From the NCBI RefSeq assembly GCF_000281045.1, contig NW_008246088.1, positions 573,844 through 615,502 on the forward strand: a stretch of 41,659 nucleotides of DNA. Reading direction: 5' to 3'. The notes beneath the pieces are model-generated. The model was not told the origin of the DNA. It saw only the letters and a program-made list of their open reading frames with translations, and made no database searches. The DNA comes from Saprolegnia diclina VS20 (taxonomy: Eukaryota). Below, in pieces: positions 10,050 to 21,672 of this stretch (the first letter of the stretch is position 1; each line of letters starts with the position of its first letter). Position numbers and translations under genes: made by a program.

Positions 10050-13027
10050 CTAGATGCTTTGGTCGAGGCTTGTCGGTAGCGTCGAGAGCTGTCGCATCGC
10101 GGCGTCGTACTTGGCGCTGAGCGCATCGCAACGCGCTTGGGCGTCGTCGAGGAGGCCTTGGTACATGGCGGCTTGCTCGCTCAGGCGCTCTTCGAGACCA
10201 TCTACTTGAGCGACGTAGAAGCGGATGTCAGGCTCGTCCTTTGCTTGGAGCTTTGCTAGCAGCGCGGCGTTTGTACCTTCGAGCGCAGCGCAGCGCTCGC
10301 GCCACATGGCCACGTGGGGGTCCGCGCTTCGCTTGGCACTTGGCGACGGCGGCGACGACGATGGCATGTGCGGCCGCACGGCCGCGCCGCGGAGCGGACT
10401 GCTGGCCTCAAGAATCTCCTCCATGGCCTCGACCTCGTGCTTGTACTGATCCAACTCGACTTGCTGCAGCTGGTAGCGCTCGACTTGGGCTTCGAGGTCG
10501 GTCACGCTCTTCTGCGCGTCGTGGAGTGCCGCCTCTTGACGACCGAGAAGCTGCGCGAGCCCGTCGTTTTGTTTTTTCAAGTGCGCGATCTCCAGATGCA
10601 GCGTCGCCGAGGCAGCGTGGTCACGGTCCAAGAGCTGTCGATGATTTGCGTGCTGCTTGTCGGCGAGCGCGAGCGCCCGCTCCAGCTGCGCCATCTTGGT
10701 CGCCATCGTCGCCTTCGTACGCTCAAGCGCCGTGATGTGGGCTTGCTGCGCCTCCAACGTCGCGTCCAATTGCACGCTGTTGGCTTGCTCCTGGTCGTAC
10801 CGCGCGGTGAGCGATACAATGTGCTTTTGCAGCTGCTGCAACTGCACACCTGATGCGCGCGCTCCAGACTCAAGTTCGTCCCGCTCGAGTTCAAGCGCCG
10901 CGATCCGCGCATGGTTCTCGACACTCTCGTGGTGTTTTTGCGCTCGCAGCGCCGTGAGCTGGCGCTCTTGCCCGTCAAGCTGCAGCTGCAAGTTTTCCAT
11001 GTCCACGCTTGCGCTCGCGACGACGTCAAGATCTCGCACTTGGTTTTCAAGCTCGCGCACCTGGGCCTCCAGCGCGCGCTTTTGGGTTTGGAGTTCGCGC
11101 GCTTGCGACTCGCGATCTAATAGCGTAGCTTCCAGCTCGAGCACCCGAGCGCTCGACGCTCGCGATGGCTCTCGCGCATAGACGCTGCGACGAACATAGC
11201 ACTGGTCGAGCTGCGCCCGCAGGACGTCAACGACCCACGCCGACGTGGACGACATGACGTCCCACACGCCGTCAACGTCCTTGCGACTGGCGAGCGCGCT
11301 CTGGAGCGACGAGCATTGCGCTGTGAGCAGCAGCTTCTCCTCGTTCATGCTCGCGACCGACGCTTGGAGCGTCGCCAGTTGCGTCTGGAGTTCAACGTGC
11401 GTGCGCTCGTACGACGTAATCGTGGCGCTTAGCTGGTCGCGCTCGACCTTCCACGCGGCCATGTGGTCGTCGGGCTCGGCGACTGGTGCGCCAGCTTGGA
11501 GCGCTTCGATCGTGTCTTCGAGTACGTTCATGCGCGTGACGGCCTCGGCCATCTGCTCGCAGTGCGTCTTGGCTAGCCCCAAAAGCTTGGCGCGAAGGCT
11601 ATGGAGCTCATCGTGGGACCGATGGAGCTTCTCTTCCGTGCTGAGCTTGTACTGTTTGAACTCGTCTTCGAGGAGCGTCACGCTTTGCTGGGACCGCACG
11701 TACTCGCCGAGGCGCCGGAGTTCCTTCTTGAGGTTGAAGAGGTCGCGCTCGTAGCCTTGTTGGCTCGCCATCGTCTCGTCCTCGAGCTGAAGCGGCATGC
11801 GTTGGAGCTGCGCGTCGAGCGCCGCGATCGTGTCGGGTAGCACCAACGACGACGTGCGGTGCATCATCATCGGTGACGTCGGCGCGTCACTGTCGCTGTG
11901 AAAGTGCTGGATGAGCGTCTCCGCGTCCGCCAAGTTGTGCTCAAGGCCCTCGGCCGCTTGGACCCACGCGGCGTTGGCACGCAGCAGCACCGACGAGCTG
12001 CTCCGGCGTGCCATCGCTGGCTTGAATAAATCGTCCTTCGATATCGACATTGCACTTGTTTGTGCGTGCTGAAGCTCACGCGTCAGAGCCTCGCACTTGC
12101 CTTGCCACATGAGCGTGGCAGCCTCAGCGGCTTCGCATTTGGACTTCCAGTTGAGTGCTGTCGTTGCGTACGTCTCGCAGTCGGCCTTGAGCCGAGCACA
12201 CGCAGTGCTGAAGTCTGTGATCGTGGCCTCTTTGGTTGCGAGCAAGGCATCCTTTGCAGCCAATTCCTCGCCCTTGGCTGCGAGCTCGGTGTTCTTGGCT
12301 GCGAGCTCGGTGTTCTTGGCAGTAAGCTCGGTGTTCTTGGCAGTGAACTCGCATACCGTAGCTGCCAACTCGGCGTCCCTTGCTTCGAGCGATTCGTTGC
12401 ACGCTGCGAGCTTGGCAGCACCTTCTTCCCGTTCAATCGCGAGATCAAGGTTGGCGGCGGCCTTGGCGGTTGGCGACGACTGCAGTGCTGCCATGGCCGC
12501 CGCTTCGATTGGCCGTGCCGTCGACAGCACGAGCGCTGGCGTCGAGAGCGATGCCGTCTTGCGCATCACAGGCTTGGTCTTGGATGACGTCTAGTAGGCA
12601 TCCGGTTGACATTTGCACTAACGAGATGACACAGTGCTACCTCGATCGCACTCGGTGGCTTGAGCAGCGACGAGGTGGTCGCTTGTCGAATGAGCGGTGG
12701 CTTCTTCTCCAGTAGCGTTGACCGAGGTGCGGACGATATGCGGCTCGTCGCCGAGCGTGGCAATGCCGTGCGCTGAATGTTGGACGACGACGCCGTCGAC
12801 GGTCGTGGTTTCGGGATCGTCGACGTCGGCGCCGGCGGCGGACGCGTCTTGCTTGCGGGTGGTGTCTTGCTCGCCGGTGGGATGCTACTACTGCGAGGGC
12901 TTGCGACCGACGGCCGTGGCTTGGCGGCGTCCGTCTGAAGACGCGTCGGGGCGGCCACGGACCGCCGCTGGGCGATGCGCGACGCCATGTCCCGTCTATT
13001 TCTGGCCTTTCTACGAGTTGCCTCCAT
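10050..13027 (-). CDS. Coiled-coil family protein CC3 (intron 12591-12640; start 13027 or 12988)
   Basis: Exon 1 is basic and Ser/Pro-rich, ending ATCGAG|gtagcac. A 50-nt intron joins it in frame to the 839-aa heptad ORF containing KEATITDFSTACARLKADCETYATTALNWKSKCEA. Confidence 0.85.
12273..12351 (-). repeat. 21-nt coding tandem repeat (about 3.5 copies; AKNTEL(A/T))
   Basis: Unit cttggc(t/a)g(c/t)(g/a)agctcggtgtt starts at 12273, 12294 and 12315, with a partial copy at 12336. Confidence 0.9.
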
Positions 13028-13359
13028 GTCAAACTCGAGGTTGCTATGAATAGCAGCGCGCGGGACGACCCACGATGCAAGCCATCAACCGACGCGCCAG
13101 CGTCACCGAGACACATCCGCTGCATCCTTCCATTGAGCGCTTGGTAGATCGCGTCAGAGCTGACACAGTCCCAAAGAGCTTCTTCCACTGCTAGTCGCCA
13201 TTCGAACACCACAAGCCTTTTGTTTGAAAGTACCACCTCGAGGAGTAATAACAAGCAGCATCAAAGACAAGTCCCGTCCATTCCTTTGAGATTACATCTC
13301 CAAAACATGCAAAATGCGCGCAGCAGTAGCGAGCGGGGACGGGCAACGCAAGTGGTTGC

Positions 13360-14511
13360 TTACGGCTTGACGACCGTCCACTGCGACCACGGGCCGTCCT
13401 TGGCGTTGGCGACGTGCATCATGACCGAGTCGGGGTACGCGCCGCGGACGCAGTTGTTGCAGCGCGAGACAAACTTGCCCGTGTCGGCCTGGAGACCGAT
13501 CTTGCCGTTGCCGAGGTCGACGCACGTAAACTGCGCCCACGCACCATCACGCCAGTTCTTGACATGGACGAACGCCTCGTCCGGGTAGGCAGCGCCGGCC
13601 GCGCAGTTGTTGCAGCGGGACAAGAAGTTGCCAGAGTCCGCCTGGAACGCGAGCTTGCCGTTACCAGTGTTGTAGACCTTCCACTGCGACCACGGGTTGC
13701 CCGCGAGCGCTGGCACGTGGAGCATGGCCGAGTCGGGGTACGCCGCACCCGGGATGCAGTTGTTGCAGCGGCTAAGGAACTTGCCAGTGTCAGCCTGAAG
13801 ACCAATCACTTGACCGTCCGTGAACGTGCATGCGGGCGACGGGAGGCGGTTGACCGTAAACTGCGCCCACGGGCCGCTGGTGTAGGCGTTGACATGCACA
13901 AAGGCCGCATCCGGGTACGCACCGCCGGAGACGCAGTTGTTGCAGCGCGCCAGATAGTTGCCAGAATCGGCTTGGAAGGCAATCTTGCCGTTGCCAGCGT
14001 CGACGCACGTCCACTGGGCCCACGGACCAGTGCGCCAGTCCTTGACGTGGACGAACGCCTCATCCGGGTACGCGGCACCGGGCGCGCAGTTGTTGCAGCG
14101 CGCCAAGAAGTTGCCAGAGTCGGCTTGGAGCGCAAGCTTACCGTTGCCCGTGTTGGTGACCTTCCACACGGCCCACGGGTTACCCGTCGACGTCGAGACA
14201 TGGAAGAAGGCCGAATCCGGGTTGGCACCGTTCGGGACGCAGCCGTTGCAACGGGCGAGGAGCTTGCCGGTGTCGGCCTGCACCGTGATGAGGTCGCCGT
14301 CGTTGAACGTGCACGCCGCTGACGCCGCGAGCTGGACCGTCTCCATGTTGAAGGACGGGAGTGCCGGCTCCGTGTGCGCGACGGTCGCCGAGTAGGCGCC
14401 GAGGAGCACGAGGCCGGCGCCAAGGCCGAGGAGCGCCTTGCGCGTGCGGGACATCGGCTCGACCTCCTTGAGAAGCAGGTGCGTCTGCGGGCGTTCGAGG
14501 TCAATGGGCAT
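13360..14511 (-). CDS. Copy 3: signal-anchored six-RCxxC fascin-like double beta-trefoil protein, 383 aa
   Basis: Intronless. The repeat region is nearly identical to copy 2; the N-terminus (MPIDLERPQTHLLLKEVEPMSRTRKALLGLGAGLVLLGAYSA) is more diverged. Confidence 0.88.
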   Translation of the reverse strand: MPIDLERPQTHLLLKEVEPMSRTRKALLGLGAGLVLLGAYSATVAHTEPALPSFNMETVQLAASAACTFNDGDLITVQADTGKLLARCNGCVPNGANPDSAFFHVSTSTGNPWAVWKVTNTGNGKLALQADSGNFLARCNNCAPGAAYPDEAFVHVKDWRTGPWAQWTCVDAGNGKIAFQADSGNYLARCNNCVSGGAYPDAAFVHVNAYTSGPWAQFTVNRLPSPACTFTDGQVIGLQADTGKFLSRCNNCIPGAAYPDSAMLHVPALAGNPWSQWKVYNTGNGKLAFQADSGNFLSRCNNCAAGAAYPDEAFVHVKNWRDGAWAQFTCVDLGNGKIGLQADTGKFVSRCNNCVRGAYPDSVMMHVANAKDGPWSQWTVVKP

Positions 14512-15893
14512 GTTGGTGGCTTTCGAGGCGAATCGGAAAATGAAGTCGAGGGTGGCAGTCGACGAAGGTTGGCACCGGATCGGCGATCACTTTTTGCCCA
14601 ACGATGTGCTAAGATACCATCGCCTGCGTGAATCTTGGTCGCGAACCTTCGAGTATCCAGTATTAACTAACTATCAGTTTGTTTGTACTGTAAATCTGTT
14701 CCGACTGCCACAGACGAACGACGCTGCGAGATATTTTGCGTCCGTCCAGCACCTAGTCCTCCGAGCAGTGTTATATGAGGTGTAGCTTGCGCGCTTGATA
14801 GAGACCTTACGTCCAGACGACACTACTACACCGACGGGGGCTCGTAGACCTCTCTTGTTCGAGTGGGGCGTGCAGAGGATGGCGGGCACGCGCCGCCCAA
14901 GCTACTTCAACGTGCGCATCGGACACATGTTTTGGTAGGACCCACCGACGGCATATGATTCGTGGGCGCACGCGGTGGACCCACCAGGTCGCCCGATGTT
15001 GAAATCCACCCAGAAGACCTTCTAGATGGACAGCCAAAAGGCTAGACTTGGCGTCGGGTAATCACCTGTGGAGGCTACGGCAGCAGACGTCGTGTAGAAG
15101 TTGTCGGTGACGCCCAAGTGGCGGGTCCCAGCGGAAGACACGGAGGCCACTGCGATCATTTTTCTGGAGGGTCGGGGACCACGTCTGATAAAACGCCTGA
15201 GCGGGGTACCCCAGTCTTCCGCATCTTCCGCGAGGCTTTAGCGTACGCCTACGATCACCGCACGGACAGAGCCTTCGACGGACCAGATTGCTTTGCAGCT
15301 TATAGCTCGTCGATGAATCTGAACGCTTGAGTTTGGCGTCAAATCTTGGTCGAGCTTTGAATATTCCAACTCTGTCGTGTCGCCAGTCGTCGGGTGGCGT
15401 GGCAAAGCACCTTCGCCGCGCCTATCAGCGCCCATCCACGCAGCAGCTATAAGCGCCCATCTACGTTGAAGGCTGGTCCTAGCTCGATTTAAAAAAACCT
15501 CCTACCCCCGTTAGGCTGTCATGATAAAGAGTAGCCTCTGACTCAGTCAGCTCCCAGCATCAAGGTGATAGCACCACCGGATGTGTGGCGTGGGTGCAAC
15601 TCAGATGCACAGATGCACGCAACGCCTTGCATACCGCACTTAGTGATCCATTTCTTAAATGATGCGAATGCGAGCGCAATTTCTACGAAATCAAATAATG
15701 TTGGGTTTTGTAAAATTTCGAAAGTGAAGCGTTCCTAGTGAAATGCGAATCTGTCATAGTCCTTGGCTGCGGTTGCGGCGCTCGTCTGCTTTCAGAATTC
15801 AAGAACACATTGTCATACAAACGCTGTCTAACTGTCTATAGCGTTGTTACTACAATGCAACTCCAATGTCGTGGACGTATAATCGATAAAAAG

Positions 15894-18800
15894 CTACGCG
15901 CCGCTTGGTTTCGAGTGGACGACTAAATGCTGGTACCCATACGCCTGCAAGAGCAACGTGAATGATCTGGTACCAAGGCGCATGCGCGCACCTTGCGGAT
16001 TTGATCCAGCAGCGTCAAGATAACAGCGCGGTCCCCGGCGTAAATCTCACGGTCTTTGCGTAAGAGAACCAGCGGCATTGTCTACGAAATGTAATAACAA
16101 TCCCACAAGGAAATATGGGAATGCACCAAAACGACCTTTTTGAGGCGCAGAATGTCGAGCACTTTTTTGATATTGTGGAGGCATGGCGCTTTCTTGCCTT
16201 TGGGCTGTCGGCACACACCCTCGAGCACACGAATGTGCTCGACCTTCTCGATGACCTCTACGAGCAAAAGGCCGTCGCGAAACTCGTCCAGCGTAGCGCC
16301 CTACGAGCCGTCTTGAATCAAGCTTTCAACGGTTGGACTACTTCAAGGCGCGGAATCGGTTTGATTTGGAGATGCTCAAGCCACGTAGTGAGAAGCTCGG
16401 TCTCGACGGCCGGTAGCGCAGCATTGGCGACGACGGGTTGCGGTCCCATGGACTGTCGTCGGATGAACTGAGGCGGCGCCTGAGGCGACGGCAGTGACGG
16501 TGGCCGCGCTTCCTCTTCGATCTCAAACCCGTCTGCGTGGGCGCGCGGCAGCAAGTCGAAGTCCGTGTCGATATCGATCTCCCGCCATTGGCGCGAGCTC
16601 GAGATCGCCGCTTGCGTGTGCACGCACTCGAGGTTCGTGCTTCCCGCATCAGTCGCGTCGTCATCGTCCTCTTCTCGAATCGGCAGCAAGTGGGCGGTGG
16701 AGACCACGGCGCGTGGCAAGCCTCGTCGCGGCGCCGCCACCTACCGTCGTCCAGCGATTTGCCTCATCAGAGGTGGTTTACCTCGGGGGTGTCGCCGAGG
16801 CTTTGTAGATCCTCCAAAAGCCCCAGCAGCACGACGTCGTCGCCAGCTCGCACCTACACCAACCCCGGCTTCCATCGTACTATGTGCGAAATCATCGCGC
16901 ACCTTGTCTTCGCACCAGAGAAAGCGCTGGGGCATCGACGGCATCGACCGCAAATGCTCGAGCGCCTCTGCAATGTGCGCCCGCGCCACGGATGTTGGCA
17001 TTGGATCGAGCACGACGTGACATACTCCATTCCTGCTCTGCGTGAGGGCCAACGCCATCGCCAGCAAGAGGGTGCCGTTGACCAGACACGGCTGCATCAT
17101 CGACACGCTAAGAAATTAGAGTGTGGAGCGTCCTACCTTGAGCATCTCAAACGACCAATGCTGCTGCGTGGCTGTAATAGTGCGTAGGTCGTTCAGAAAG
17201 CCTTTGGCGCGCAGCCACTCGGCGACCAGAATCTTGCGTGTTCCTAGCTCGTGGCCAATGGCGGGTGGCGCGGGTGGCGTCACCGGCGTCGATGCCTGTA
17301 GCGATTGCTGCAGGTGCCACCAAAAGCCGTAGACGGCGTGGAAGTGCCCCTTTAGAAGGCCGTACCCGTGCTCGAGCGACCAGTAGAGAGGAGGCAGCGA
17401 GATGCGCTGTGCGTGCAAGCAATGGAAACCGGCTTGCAAATTGGCTTTGGCCTGGTGCAGCGTCTTTGGCGACCGGTGAAACGTGAGTTCTCGGTCCCGC
17501 GCCACCAAACGGTTGAGCACGTCGCTACAACCCAAATTCGGCATTCTGTGAGCTTTGGTTCGAGGCATTTAGTTTACCAGAGAAAGCTGCCATTGCGGTA
17601 CGGATCGGCGAGCAGTCCCGTGCTCGTCTACGCACAATCGTGTCTTGTTTCCAAAGGCAATCATCTTATGGCACGTACCGACGACGCATCGAGGCCGAGG
17701 TGCTGTAGCCAGTCGCGCACTGCGTGTACTTGCTCCGACGACACGCTGGGAAACACCACCTCGTTCTTACTGCCACTGCGTTCCGTTGGCGGGGCGGGTG
17801 GCGGTGATGGGACTGGGCGGTCCCGCGACGGCGGCGGACTACGCTCCTTGTTGCGGCTCAGCTTGTACAGCACGCGGAGAAGCGTCCAGATGTGCTTGTC
17901 AAAGGCCGATGCGAGCGGGTCGTAAAGATCTAGCGCGCACACGACCGGGTGCGTCACTTCTGGGATCTCGCGAAGCAGGTGGAGGGCGAGCTGCAGGTTG
18001 TGTCGCTTCTGGGCGAGCGTGACCGGCTGCAAGCAGCAGCCTTGCGGGACGAACGTACCGGGTTGCGCCGCCACAGGGCGCAGCTTGGCTTTGGCGGACG
18101 ACGCTCCCAAACTACGTTGCATGAGAAGGAGTCCGGGCGACCAAACGGTTGGGGTTACTGGTAGACGGCAACGGCCGTGAGTTGGCAAATGATCACGCCA
18201 TCTTTGAAAGCATTGGCGGCCGAGGTCAGGAAGCTCGACGCCGTCGCCTTTTCGAGCGAAGCTTCAAAGCCGAGTGCAATGCCGAGCGATCGAATCCACT
18301 TGCAGATCGCAAAGGCGGTCGCTCGCTTGGTTTCGGCCATGTGCGCTGAGAACTCTGCGAGATCGGTCGCCCGAGTCGTCTTGGGCGTCGCACCCAAAGC
18401 TCTTGGGTCGTACGGGGCATCGGCAGCGTCCACCATGCGGCGGTGCCCTCCTGCGTCGTTTAGATCGTATTTGCCATTTACTAGTAAAGTCGTACTGTTG
18501 GGCGTTGACCGCGCGCACGGTCGGGCGCTAGGGGTCTCGGGCACCCGCTTCGTAGATGCTTTGACGCTCTGCTGTGTCGACGGGTTCCAGCCATGCGGCG
18601 GTGACTTGGGTTGACGAGCCGCGGCTGGCAACGGCAGCTGTTTTTCGATTTGGCGCTGGAGCTGGGCGTCGAGTTTGTCGCGGTGCTGCACCTGCCGCGC
18701 CACGAGATCCCAGCGCTTCTTGAGTGCGCGTAGTAGGGTCGCGATCGCTATTTGCGAGCCGTCGAGGATGTCCAAGATGGTCTCCGGCTCCCGCAAGAGG

Positions 18801-19160
18801 TAGCGGTGGCTCCACTCGGCGGCCGAGACCAGTTGCAGCACCGACGTGAGCACGGTTTGCAGCTTCTGCGCGGGCGGCCCGAGGATCACGCGCACCCCGT
18901 CGTTCTCATTGTGCTATTGCATATTCAATCGTTTGAGCAACACGCGTAACAAGTGCGTACGTGGACGAGGCGGAAGATGTCGCAAAAGACATCGCCCGAC
19001 CGAAGCTGGTCGAACGAGTCGACAAGGAGGCAGCTGGCCACCGGCAGCGAGTTGACCCAGTGCAAGAGTTGCTACGCGTCGCATGCGCTCATACCTGCCG
19101 ATGCCACGAGCGGTTGCCTACCTTGTCTTCGTGGTCGCTCTGGCCACCACCACACGTCAT
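15894..19160 (-). CDS. Multi-exon protein with about five calponin-homology (CH)-like domains
   Basis: ATG 19160 with first intron 19072-19121. CH-like blocks: QLLHWVNSL...FDQLRSGDVFCDI; AICKWIRSL...FKDGVIICQL...KRHNLQLALHLL; AVRDWLQHL...AKANLQAGFHCL; LVAEWLRAK...LVNGTLLLAM...ARAHIAEALEHL; LLTTWLEHL...FRDGLLLVEVIEKV...CLHNIKKVLDIL. Last exon AYGYQHLVVHSKPSGA*. Internal splice sites are only partly resolved. Confidence 0.7.
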
Positions 19161-19256
19161 GTTGCCGCCTTTGCAGCGTTTCACTCGCGCCACAATCTTA
19201 TCAAAGTATCAAGCTGGCCGTTTCGTAAAGTAGCTAGTACAATATATATATAAAAT

Positions 19257-21177
19257 TCAGATCTGAGTCGAACAGAGCGCAAGGCAGTGCTGGATGTCAG
19301 GGCCCGCAACAACTTCGTCACTGTAGAGACGTCGCCCCAAGCTCGCCTCGGCCGCATCGCACGCCACATAGTACTGGGTCAGCATCGCCGCATACTCGGC
19401 GAGCGACACTTCAACGAAAATGCTCAAAGCCTCGGGGAAGGGCGGGACACCGACGATCGGCGAGGTCAAGACAAAGACATGCGTCTCCATCTTGCTCGCG
19501 CTGGAAATGTCCAGCATGAAGTTCGGACTCTCCGAGACCTTGGCCAAGCTGCGCGCGTCCGGCTTTACCACGTCATGTGCGTGCTCGAGAAGCAACGCGC
19601 TACATGTGTACATGAGTCCTCGTCTTGTTGCCAGCAGCATCATGGAGTCTGTACGCGTCCGAGTGGAGCTGCAAGTGGCGCCGGTCGTGGCGATAGAGCT
19701 GGTACGTCAAGAGGTAGTGCATGGCGGTGCGGACATGCGGCGACCAGTGCAGGAAGAGATTATAAAATAGCTTGGGATGCAAGATGGTCGACACGAGCTG
19801 CTCCTTCGCGTCCGTCGGCATGTGCTGCAAATGTGCGTCGACCCAGAGCAGCGCCGGTAGCGCCACCGAGTCGTCCTTGGACGCCAGCCATTGCAGCAGC
19901 AGTGGTATCATGGCCCCAAGCGGCACAAAGGACGGGTATAAGTGCAGGCTCTGGAGCGTAGTAGACGACTCGCTCTGGTTCCCACCGCCTGCACTGCTGT
20001 TGACGTACGGTTGCGACGCCATGTGTATCCAGCGAGAGATGGCGCGGAGCGACCGCGTCAAGCCCGCGGGGTGCCACGAGGTATGCTGCTGCAGGCCCAC
20101 GACCACCGTGGGCAAAAGCACTTGTACCATACCGGGGTTGGCCATGGATCTCGACGCACCCTCCAGCACTTGGTCGACCAATGAAAACGTCATTGGAAAC
20201 ATCGCTGACGTCTATGCCATCCATAACGACGTCAGATATGGACATTGCAGCAATCGCAGGGATACCGTGAGCTCGCCAACGGACGGCACGTGACTGAGCC
20301 ACACGGTCGTGTCAAACACGACCAGCGCAAAGAGCTGCATGAGGTCGAGGTACCCCGGCACCATGCTCCAGTTGGGCGCGTGCACGCCGGCGCGGTGCGT
20401 TACGGACGCCACGCACGCGTTAAACGCTTGCACAAACAGCACAAACAAACTGCCGTCCGAAGCCAGCACGAGGCGCCACGGACTGTCGTCGGGCAGCAGT
20501 GAGGCCGCGTCGGTGTCTTTGGCGAGCCAACCCCAGTGAAAGAGGTCCGGACAGGCGTCCATGAACGTCGTGTCAGTGCACTTGGCGAGGTGGGCGCGAC
20601 GCTGTGCTTGAAGCATCTCGTGCAAGGTGGTCGGTCGAAGCGGTTTGTGCTGGCAGTAGCGCCGGTTGCAAATGTCGACGAACGGCGCTTGCAGCAGCGG
20701 AAACACAAAGTACGCTCGCGTGGCCACGAGCGCGCAAAAGCGCTGGAGCTCGATCGAAAGCGTGTTGCGCAAGAGCAGCGACGAAGCGTGCACAAAGGTG
20801 TCGCCCACGAGCTTTCGGTAGAGATGCACGAGGCGCCATGCGTCGCGGTCGCCATCTTTGCGCACGTCCATTGTGTTGAAGTCAAAGTCGAGGTGCAAGA
20901 GAAGAAACTCGTCGCGCTGGACGAGGGCCTCGAGCAGGCGGTAACACATGTACTTGTACTTGAGCACAGAGATCTTGTCGACATGGCTGAGAAGAAGAAC
21001 CCAGAGCGCGAGCATGCTCTCTTGCAGCGGCTTGGCGTCGCCGTCGGAGCGCGGGTTGGCCTCGAGAAGCGCTGCCATCTCATCGAGCAGCGGCGCCTTC
21101 ATGGAGAGGTCAACCGTGAGCCCACCGTCCATGACATCGCCGACGCGATCGCGGAACGCGAGGCTCCATGCAGCCAT
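19257..21177 (-). CDS. Alpha-helical protein, DUF1765 (UPF0592)-like, multi-exon
   Basis: Three consecutive minus-strand ORFs (20212-21177, 19600-20202, 19257-19643) separated by intron-sized gaps. Motifs WSMVPGY and LFYNLFLHWSPHVRTAMHYLLTYQLY resemble the DUF1765 'F.HW...VR..F..LL' block. Confidence 0.6.
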
Positions 21178-21672
21178 CAGCGCAGGAAGATTTCAGATCC
21201 GAAAGATATGCCACCATTTTCGAAGGTGGATTCGGATTGGCTTGAAAATCGACACATTTTGGCCAACCCCATGCGTTTGTAAACGTGGACACGATCAAGA
21301 CAATCGTCTAAACCCACGCCCATTAATACCTAACGGCAGGACTTGCACCGCTCCTAAATCTAGTTTTGGAGATGGAATTGCTCGACGCATCTGGTCCTTG
21401 CATATAAGAGCATGTGAGTTGTATCACTGTGCAGAAAGGCGCTACGATGGTCCAACGTGCATGGACAAGAATGAACTTAAGTGCGGTGTTTTAAACTATA
21501 GTGATCTATGTGCACCGCAACGGACAAGGACCAACACACGTTGATGACTTAAGCAAGCACTTTCGAGCGGCGATTGGCTGAAATCCTATCATTTCAACCA
21601 ATCCGCGTTCCGAGCGACAGGGCCGAAGAAGGAAAGATCAATTGATTTTGTGTTGGGCCGAAGAAGGAGGCC

